Part shown: in pieces, positions 48,174-55,441 of the stretch
How the letters are laid out: every line of letters begins with the position of its first letter
Position numbering within the stretch: the stretch's first letter is position 1
Source: an uncultured Gammaproteobacteria bacterium
GTDB lineage: Bacteria > Patescibacteriota > Microgenomatia > UBA8517
Assembly (NCBI GenBank): GCA_964600575.1
Contig: CAZRJH010000002.1
Coordinates: forward strand, 124,298 to 188,297
DNA: 64,000 bases
Direction: 5' to 3'
Notes under the pieces: generated by a model
The model's database searches: none
What the model was told of the DNA's origin: nothing
The model's input: the letters and a program-made list of their open reading frames with translations, nothing else
Translations under genes and position numbers: made by a program

Positions 48174-51020
48174 CTAGGGTGCGAACATTACATTCTTGGC
48201 AAATTGGTAATGTTTGGGATATTGACTGGCGTAATTTGAAATACAGCGTACCCAAGACGAAGTACCGACATAAAGTGCGTTACCCTCGGCCATGCTTTCG
48301 TATTCGTTTCCTACTGTATTGGAATATGAGCAGATTGCCCATTCTGATGTGGGAACTTGTTGTTTAAATTGACTAACTGTGCCTCCATTGATGTTTTGTA
48401 AATGGTGTGAGACCTCATGAGTAAGAATGTAAAGAGCATCTGACTGACTTCTAATTCCACATTGGTTGTAATTAATATCACAACTGCCATTATGGTCGTG
48501 TCTTGCGTAAATAGTTTGGTTACAAAGACCGTTGCCTATTGGATTTGGACTTTTTGTTGTGTAACACATATTAATCTCTCCTCCCGCACAAACCTTTTGA
48601 GCAAAATTTGGATAAGTTCCTGCCAGCGTGGCTGATGCAGAATCTAAATTTGCTTTAAAGTTAGCAGGCCAAGGTTCGTTGTTGTCTACTGTTTTAAAAC
48701 AACCCAGAGGACAGTCTCCAAAACAAACGGAGGCTGACCCAGTTTCCGAAACCTCACCTCCCTCGTTGGAGCTTGCAGTTACCGTAATAGAATCGCTAAC
48801 CAAAGAATCATTGAAACTAGAGTTGTAGTTCGAAGTAAAACTGAATGTAAACGGAGCGCCTGCTGTAATGGTTGCGGGTGCTGCAGGTATTTCTTCCAAA
48901 TTTTTGCAGTCGATTATGCCACCAGCTTTTTTAACGGCGCTGCAAGTATTTGTAAAGCTTATACCTGTAAGGTCATCCTTTTTGGCAGTAATGGTTATGG
49001 TGTAAGTAACAGAAGTGGGGGACGCAAGCTGCCCCGAAGGTTCAGCTTTTTTTTCTACAGACATATAGGGGTTGGTGTTATTTAGACTGGAAGAACTTCC
49101 TCCTGGTGGAATCAGGTAGGCACTATTGTTTATGATTACTAAAATTAAGGCTATCATTAGCGGAAAACCGATAAGAAAACTGATAACAGGTAATCCCAAC
49201 TGTGTCAGGAAAGTTGCCCAGGCTATACTAAAAACTGTAAATATAGAGGAGGCTGTTCCGGAAAAAGCCTGACCCACACCTGTTAGACCTCCTGTCATAA
49301 ATCCAAAAGCACCCAAACCAAGTCCTGCTCCAATTAAGGCGCCAGAAATACCACCTGAAATCAGCATACCTGCAACAGCACCTCCTAATGCTATTGTTGT
49401 TCCGTCTATTTTTTTTGCGTTTTTAGACATCCAGTCTAAAGCTTTTGGACCAATCACAGCAGAAACCAACCCAACAACAGCACCGATAATCAAACTAACA
49501 CCACCTGTTACCGGTGCAGCTGCTGCTGATGCGGCTGCTACGGTGGTTTCCGTAGCAGCAACAGTGCCAACAGTTGCTGCCGTTGCTGCAGTTGCAGTTG
49601 CCGCAGCACCTGCTCCTTCGGCTACTGCAGCTGTAACTCCCCCTACTACTGCTGTTCCTTCTGTCGCCAATACGCCACCGCCAATGGCTGCCGTTTCTGT
49701 TGATATCGCCGCCGCCTGAGTTGTTGCAAGAGCTCCTGATACAGCATCTGCTCCAACTTCTGTACTAATACTGGCTGCTGCTTGTGTTACGCCAAAATCC
49801 ATTCCAGTTATCTGACCAGCCCAGCCAAAAGTTGGTCCGTATCCAAATTCGACTGCCACTCTTCCAAAAAATGTGGTACCCTCCCATGCAATAGGCTCAC
49901 CTAGTCCGTAATAACTTAGGGCTGCTTGGATAACTGGTGCGTTGTAGGCTTCGGCAAGGGCTCCTGATTCAGGAATACTGCTTTCGATCCATGTACCAAC
50001 TTGCCTTAGAAAAACAGACTTAATCTCACCAGAACCAACTTGGGAAATCGTATCAAAAACAAAATCTTGTCGTTGAAGAAAATCAAGTTGCTTTCCTGTT
50101 ACGTTTCCTAAATCATATTCCTCGAATCCAAGCCTTGGTGTGCTGGATATTTCGATTGCCACTCTATCCAAATCTCTTGGACCTAGATAATTCGAGGCAA
50201 AATCTTCTCCAAAAGAAGAGCTAATGATTTTTCTATCGATTTGAAATTCAACAAGCTCAGTTGTAGAAACATTTATTGCGGAATCTCTGAAAGTCTGAAT
50301 ATCGTCATTTTCGATTGACTCCAGCAGGTTAGTATCGTTTGAAATTTTATTTATTGTTACGGCCTCTACAGCAAGTGAATTTCCTCTTAAGTTTTCAACT
50401 ACCCTAACAGCAGCCCTAGTAGAGAGTGCTTTAACCGCTTCTTCATTTGCACCCTGTGGAACATTTGCTTTAATCCTTTTTTCAATTTCAGAAGCCAACT
50501 CCCTTGTTAATTCTCTGGGGTTGTTTTGTGCAGAGGTTCTTAGTGTTTCTGATGTGGGTTGTTTATCTGCAGACAAGGGGTCCGCCTGAGGTGTTGAAAC
50601 TCTTCTGTAAATTTTTCTCCCTTGAGTTTTTTTATGTAATTCCTCTTGTCTTTTTATGGAAGCTTCGACTTGAACTTTTGCATTTTCAGCGCTTTTTCTG
50701 ATAGCTTCTTCCCTTTTAACTCTTTCTGCTTCCATTGCCTCCCTTTTTGCTTTGTCAGGGAGATTTTCTTCTGCTTTTGGTGTTTCTGATCCTATTTTTT
50801 CAAGTACAAATTGAGCATTCTTGACAGTCTCTTTGTCGCCAATTTTTATATCTACACCTGTTAAATTTTTAACTGTTTCTATAAAAGACTGTCTATCGCT
50901 CCATTTAAAATTTCCTGAAACGAATGGCTTATCGCTAACATACACGGCGTTTTCAGGGAAAAAATGATCAAACGCAAGCATTAACTCTTCAACATTTTTC
51001 TTTGTTAATAAATTTGCCAT
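48174..51020 (-). CDS. Mosaic 948-aa membrane protein: cytoplasmic coiled-coil/charged N-region, Ala/Gly/Thr-rich glycine-zipper TM block, and an extracellular Cys-rich domain with an HEXXH motif
   Basis: The first ~370 aa are a charged region (e.g. EAMEAERVKREEAIRKSAENAKVQVEASIKRQEE). An AGT-rich hydrophobic block spans ~aa 370-620. A beta-rich segment then leads to the C-terminal ALYILTHEVSHHL with many Cys. Confidence 0.6.
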   Translation of the reverse strand: MANLLTKKNVEELMLAFDHFFPENAVYVSDKPFVSGNFKWSDRQSFIETVKNLTGVDIKIGDKETVKNAQFVLEKIGSETPKAEENLPDKAKREAMEAERVKREEAIRKSAENAKVQVEASIKRQEELHKKTQGRKIYRRVSTPQADPLSADKQPTSETLRTSAQNNPRELTRELASEIEKRIKANVPQGANEEAVKALSTRAAVRVVENLRGNSLAVEAVTINKISNDTNLLESIENDDIQTFRDSAINVSTTELVEFQIDRKIISSSFGEDFASNYLGPRDLDRVAIEISSTPRLGFEEYDLGNVTGKQLDFLQRQDFVFDTISQVGSGEIKSVFLRQVGTWIESSIPESGALAEAYNAPVIQAALSYYGLGEPIAWEGTTFFGRVAVEFGYGPTFGWAGQITGMDFGVTQAAASISTEVGADAVSGALATTQAAAISTETAAIGGGVLATEGTAVVGGVTAAVAEGAGAAATATAATAATVGTVAATETTVAAASAAAAPVTGGVSLIIGAVVGLVSAVIGPKALDWMSKNAKKIDGTTIALGGAVAGMLISGGISGALIGAGLGLGAFGFMTGGLTGVGQAFSGTASSIFTVFSIAWATFLTQLGLPVISFLIGFPLMIALILVIINNSAYLIPPGGSSSSLNNTNPYMSVEKKAEPSGQLASPTSVTYTITITAKKDDLTGISFTNTCSAVKKAGGIIDCKNLEEIPAAPATITAGAPFTFSFTSNYNSSFNDSLVSDSITVTASSNEGGEVSETGSASVCFGDCPLGCFKTVDNNEPWPANFKANLDSASATLAGTYPNFAQKVCAGGEINMCYTTKSPNPIGNGLCNQTIYARHDHNGSCDINYNQCGIRSQSDALYILTHEVSHHLQNINGGTVSQFKQQVPTSEWAICSYSNTVGNEYESMAEGNALYVGTSSWVRCISNYASQYPKHYQFAKNVMFAP

Positions 51021-51022
51021 TT

Positions 51023-53029
51023 TTACTTAGTGTCGTATGCACGAGGGTTGAGCCTTGCCATTTCCTCGGGATTGGTTGTTATCAACCTGTTTTCTTCCTC
51101 GGAAGCAACCACTCTTATTGGGGCATGGTGTGGTCCTGCAAAAAATATACCTTCTCCTACATTTGCCGCCAAAAGAAGCTGCTTTTCTCCTTGTGATAAA
51201 TAGAAAACTTCGCCTATTCTATCGATTGCGGCAGGCGATTGTTTTAAAAGTACCTGCATAGCACTGTTGGTAACTATGGCTTTACCAATATCTTGCGCCA
51301 AAAAGTCTTCTACATCCTGTGTAATGGTTGTAAGACCTAAATAATATTTACGGGCTCTTTTGACAACGCTCCATAAAAACTGTGCAGTGTCCGGATATCT
51401 CATCATATGCCAAGCCTCATCAACCAAAAGGACTCTCTTTTTAATATCTTTTTTAACACGGGTCCAAATGTAATCAAGAATTATAAACATTGCAATTGGA
51501 CGTATGGCGTCTTGCATGTCTTTAACGGAGAATACTGTAAACGGATTGTCTAGATTAATGTTTGTTTGTTTATCAAAAATTCCCACAAAACTCCCGCGTA
51601 CAAACTTTTCGATACGGGCTGCAAGGTCGAGTGCGTCGGGAACCTCCATACCTATTAGTGTTTTATATAAATCTTCCATTAAAGGTGGCTCTTTTCCTTG
51701 AGTATCGGGGTCCATTGTTATTCCTTTGTTTTTGTATGTCATAACCAACGACCGGTCGAGTAGTGCATCTTGAGTAGGGGATATTTGTCCCATGATGACT
51801 TTCATTAGAGAGTGGAGTGAAAGTATTTTAAGACCAAGCTGGTTCTCTCCCTCTTCTCTTATCTGAGCAAGGTCAAATGGATTGATTTTTGCATCGGAAT
51901 TATAAGAAAAAGAGATGTATTCACCACCAACCGCTTGGGCTAGAGGTTTGTATTCGTTTTCGGGGTCTAAGATTATAGCCTCCGTTCCCGTCATCAAAGA
52001 ACGAAGTGCCTCGAGCTTAACAAAGAATGATTTACCTGCTCCTGAGGTTGCAAAGATAACCATATTGCTGTTTTGCAAACTAAATCTGTCAAAAATAATA
52101 AAGGATTCGTTTTGTGAGTTGATTCCGTATAAAACCCCCCGGTCGCTGGAAAGTTCAGTTGATGTTAAGGGGAATGTTGTAGCAACGGATGTTGTATCCA
52201 TGTTTCTGGTTATACTTAACCTATCCATTCCAAACGGAGCAGTTGAAAGGAATCCCGACTCTTGATCTAAAAGTGCGTGCTTAGAAACGATAAGCAGTGA
52301 ACCAAGTTGTGACTCGATTTGTTTTGTCACATGGTTAAGTTCATCTACTGAGTTTGCCGGTATGGTTATATAAAAGGAGAATTCATAAAATCTTTCTATT
52401 CCCTTAACAAGCTGCTCCTGCAAAGCTTTCGCGTCTTCCAATTTTGCGGAAGTAGAGGGGTCGACTATTTTTCCGCGTTCTATATCTGTCGAAATTTCTG
52501 CTTCCATTTCGGCGATTTTGCGCCTAAGGTCATCCAGAACCGATTTTCCGTCTACAGGATAAACATAAAAAGATATATCCAAACTGGAATCAAAGTTAAC
52601 GACGGGCTCCAGCCATCCGGGTGAAACAAATCTAGGATATCCTCCTACAAAAATTGTACGAAAATACACATCGTTGATTTTTATATAATCAAAATCTTCC
52701 TCGATTGTTTGAGATGAGATTACATCTAAAACATTGGCGCCTTGAGTAACTGCCAGTCCCGGATTTGTATATTTTTGCTTGGCTTGTTTGATTTCCGTCT
52801 GAGTTGGTATGTTTGGTGCTACAGGGCTCGCTTGTGGTGCCGGTTGTTGTGCTACGGCAGGCGGAGTCATAGGTTGAACGGGTTGGGGTGGATCTTGCTG
52901 TGCAACATTCTGAGGAACTGGGGCAATTTGTCCGGGTTGTGGATTTGGATTTAAAGGTGGTGGTGTTATCCCTAAAGCAGAGGGTGGAACAGGGTTTTGT
53001 GGTTTAGAAAAAGGTAATTTTATATTCAT
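51023..53029 (-). CDS. VirB4/TrbE/CagE-family T4SS ATPase (central and C-terminal part) with a Pro/Gln-rich N-terminal extension
   Basis: YFRTIFVGGYPRFVSPGWLEPVVN matches the VirB4 'YRRHLSLKSLPAE...' segment. Walker A is ATSGAGKSFFVKL and Walker B is VLLVDEAWHMM. Confidence 0.8.
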   Translation of the reverse strand: MNIKLPFSKPQNPVPPSALGITPPPLNPNPQPGQIAPVPQNVAQQDPPQPVQPMTPPAVAQQPAPQASPVAPNIPTQTEIKQAKQKYTNPGLAVTQGANVLDVISSQTIEEDFDYIKINDVYFRTIFVGGYPRFVSPGWLEPVVNFDSSLDISFYVYPVDGKSVLDDLRRKIAEMEAEISTDIERGKIVDPSTSAKLEDAKALQEQLVKGIERFYEFSFYITIPANSVDELNHVTKQIESQLGSLLIVSKHALLDQESGFLSTAPFGMDRLSITRNMDTTSVATTFPLTSTELSSDRGVLYGINSQNESFIIFDRFSLQNSNMVIFATSGAGKSFFVKLEALRSLMTGTEAIILDPENEYKPLAQAVGGEYISFSYNSDAKINPFDLAQIREEGENQLGLKILSLHSLMKVIMGQISPTQDALLDRSLVMTYKNKGITMDPDTQGKEPPLMEDLYKTLIGMEVPDALDLAARIEKFVRGSFVGIFDKQTNINLDNPFTVFSVKDMQDAIRPIAMFIILDYIWTRVKKDIKKRVLLVDEAWHMMRYPDTAQFLWSVVKRARKYYLGLTTITQDVEDFLAQDIGKAIVTNSAMQVLLKQSPAAIDRIGEVFYLSQGEKQLLLAANVGEGIFFAGPHHAPIRVVASEEENRLITTNPEEMARLNPRAYDTK

Positions 53030-53038
53030 TTTTAGATT

Positions 53039-53746
53039 TTATTTTTTATCCATTACGACTTCTGGCTCTTTTTTAACCGCGGGTCTTTCGGGATTGTAAA
53101 TTGTATAAAAAAGGTTAACCAGCTCCGGAGTGGTTAGTTGTCTGAATTTTATACCAAGTCTACCCGCCTGTCTTACTAAATGATCGCGTCTGGGGTACAA
53201 AGTGATTTTTGCCTTTTTAATTACAAAAGATTTTGCATAAGGCAAAGGACCGGTTCTTCTTGTAAGTGATTGAACAGATTTGCCTACACCCAGTTCTAAG
53301 GGAGAAAGATACAAAACCACAAAAAACCTTTTACCTAAAACATTTTTCTTTTTGACGGACTCGGAAATAAAGCCTCTGTAGTTTGTCATAAGCCTTATTA
53401 AGAGGGGGTGTGTAAGTTTTTTGGCTTGTTCATCAAGAAAATTAAGATAAGAGCTTATATCCTTTCTGGAGGTTCTAACAATAATTTGTACGGAAAAAGA
53501 TAAAGAGTTAATCATTGCGGCATATGCTGCAATGACTGCCTCCTGCTCTTTTTCGCTTAAGAGTCCAAAGTTTAAAGAGGTTGATTCCATAACAAGAGCT
53601 GCGCCCCCGTCTTTGTAAATCAAAATGTCGTTTGTAATGTCTGCAATTGGTAAATGATCTTGGGTTGTAGCCGTTATTGGTTTGTCGGGAATAGAAATAA
53701 AAGGAACTTTTGGAAAATTTGATAGGTCCGGTGGTTTTATTGCCAT
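53039..53746 (-). CDS. VirB4 N-terminal domain, encoded as a separate ORF in frame with the downstream ATPase ORF
   Basis: DHLPIADITNDILIYKDGGAALVMESTSLNFGLLSEKEQEAVIAAYAAMINSL aligns with the VirB4 N-terminus (YLPY..HLSDHIVLLEDGS..AFELEEIE..NTLLRNI). The stop TAA at 53039-53041 is in frame with ATG 53029. Confidence 0.6.
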   Translation of the reverse strand: MAIKPPDLSNFPKVPFISIPDKPITATTQDHLPIADITNDILIYKDGGAALVMESTSLNFGLLSEKEQEAVIAAYAAMINSLSFSVQIIVRTSRKDISSYLNFLDEQAKKLTHPLLIRLMTNYRGFISESVKKKNVLGKRFFVVLYLSPLELGVGKSVQSLTRRTGPLPYAKSFVIKKAKITLYPRRDHLVRQAGRLGIKFRQLTTPELVNLFYTIYNPERPAVKKEPEVVMDKK

Positions 53747-53748
53747 AG

Positions 53749-54891
53749 TTAGTTAACTCCGACTGCCATAGGGTTTTGTACGACTGCGGGTGTCTGTTGT
53801 GGTGGAGCCTGTGCTACCGCCGAATGTTTACCTTGAATCAGTATTGGCGGTATAAGGTTTCCTGTTGTTTCAAAAGTATAAGGAATAAAGTCGAATCCGT
53901 CTTTTTCGGTAATGACATCATATCTACCAATCTCCAAGGGTGTTACGGTTATAAAATGCCCTGCTTTGTTGCTTCTTAATGCCCTTATCGGTCTTCCTGC
54001 GGAATCTCTTATTTCCATAATAGCTCCCTCGATTATTTTTCTGTTTTCATCCACAACCTGGCCGACAACAACATTTGGTATTGTCGGCGGGCTGGGAGGT
54101 GCCGCGTCAATTGAAAACAAAGCTTGTTTTGCCGAAACAATTTCTTCACCAGCAATAGTGGGTGCAACCTGGTGTGTTGTTATCTCCGGAGCAGATATAA
54201 GCGGGTCCGCTTTTCTTTCTTCTACAACCAAATGCGGAATATTAGACACGACTTTGATTGGCGCAGTTTGTGGTATCTGGAGTTCCTTTTGCGGTTCGAC
54301 GGGCTTAGGTGCTACCGCGACATTTTCTTTTGGCATAGTAAGCGGTACAACGGGGGGCTGTGGAACAGTGGGGGGTGGGGAAACGGGTGCGGCAGGAACT
54401 CCAGTAGAAACAGGGCTGACAACACCTGTAAACATACCTGTTAGAGTTGCCAAAAATCCTTGCTCTGCCATGTCCATTTTTGCGGAAGAGCCTGATTTTT
54501 GATTTGCAACGGATAAATAGTCGTTAAGTGCTTTTTCCTGAGGTGCCGCAGTTTCTACAGAAACAGTGCTTGCAGGTTCGTCCAAAAAAAACTTCGTGGC
54601 AACTTTTGTTTCTTGCCAATAGAATTCGGTTGGGGCGTATATCGCCCTAAAAAAAGCAAAAATCCACTTTTCCAAAGGCCGTTCTTCTAAGGGTAAAAAT
54701 GCCAAACAAACACCAAGGATTGCCGAAACGATTACAAACGGCCATTTAATTATTCCTATGAGTGGTGCGGAATAAAAAATTAGGGCGACCAAAAATCCAC
54801 CCGCAAGTTGAAAAAATTGCTTAAGGGTCATTTCTCCAACCAAACGAAATTGATAGGAGCTTATTTGTTGTGGTATTGCGTGTTGTTGCAT
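53749..54891 (-). CDS. PrgI/VirB3-like T4SS membrane protein fused to a Pro-rich linker and a C-terminal transthyretin/CarboxypepD_reg-like beta-sandwich domain
   Basis: The N-terminus is FRLVGEMTLKQFFQLAGGFLVALIFYSAPLIGIIKWPFVIVSAILGVCLAF (PrgI-like, two TM). The C-terminus is VVGQVVDENRKIIEGAIMEIRDSAGRPI...GRYDV. Confidence 0.5.
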   Translation of the reverse strand: MQQHAIPQQISSYQFRLVGEMTLKQFFQLAGGFLVALIFYSAPLIGIIKWPFVIVSAILGVCLAFLPLEERPLEKWIFAFFRAIYAPTEFYWQETKVATKFFLDEPASTVSVETAAPQEKALNDYLSVANQKSGSSAKMDMAEQGFLATLTGMFTGVVSPVSTGVPAAPVSPPPTVPQPPVVPLTMPKENVAVAPKPVEPQKELQIPQTAPIKVVSNIPHLVVEERKADPLISAPEITTHQVAPTIAGEEIVSAKQALFSIDAAPPSPPTIPNVVVGQVVDENRKIIEGAIMEIRDSAGRPIRALRSNKAGHFITVTPLEIGRYDVITEKDGFDFIPYTFETTGNLIPPILIQGKHSAVAQAPPQQTPAVVQNPMAVGVN

Positions 54892-54970
54892 AAACAGGAA
54901 GCCTTTGAGGTAAAGGCAGCCTATAAACAGATTACTGCGTGAAGCGTATGGTGCAAGATGAAAGCTTTTT

Positions 54971-55022
54971 CACAAACAAAAAGCCCTTGAGGTAGTGTTT
55001 CAAAAATAAAAACCTCAAGGGC
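54971..55022 (-). terminator. Intrinsic terminator after the 91-aa membrane-protein gene
   Basis: Perfect 11-bp stem GCCCTTGAGGT/ACCTCAAGGGC (54983-55022). On the minus strand it is followed by TTTTTGTTTGTG. Confidence 0.5.
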
Positions 55023-55045
55023 TGCAAGGACTAATAACTTTTTCG

Positions 55046-55321
55046 TTATTGTGTAAAAAAGGCGTAAACAACATATCCGCCTAAGCCAAAAATCAAAAAA
55101 AATATAGAAATTATGGTTAGAACAAGAACAACTGCCCAACCGACCTTGGCCTTACCGCTTGCGTTTTGCATCTTTTTAAAGCTGAAAAAAGCAAAAAAGC
55201 CAAAAAGTGCAACAGGAAAGACTCCTGGGACAAAAGTTAACAACAAACAGACAGGTGTGGCGACAACGGCTGTTAAAGCAATTTGCCACCATTTAAGTGC
55301 AAAGATGTTTGACACTTTCAT
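55046..55321 (-). CDS. Small 3-TM membrane protein (hypothetical) within the T4SS-like cluster
   Basis: 91 aa, three hydrophobic helices, followed by a terminator. Confidence 0.5.
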   Translation of the reverse strand: MKVSNIFALKWWQIALTAVVATPVCLLLTFVPGVFPVALFGFFAFFSFKKMQNASGKAKVGWAVVLVLTIISIFFLIFGLGGYVVYAFFTQ

Positions 55322-55441
55322 GAAATACTCCTTGTAAAGTACAGTAATTTAAGTTGACTGTGGTATTTTCCCAAATTATAGGGCTATAGTCAAAATATTC
55401 TGTTTTGTAGTTGGTTTACGGATGTTATATAATTTGAGCAT

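Noticed and set aside
53912-54502. 196-aa and 106-aa plus-strand ORFs
   Set aside because: They are antisense to the PrgI-like gene. Their Gly/Thr-rich translation mirrors the Pro-rich linker on the coding strand.
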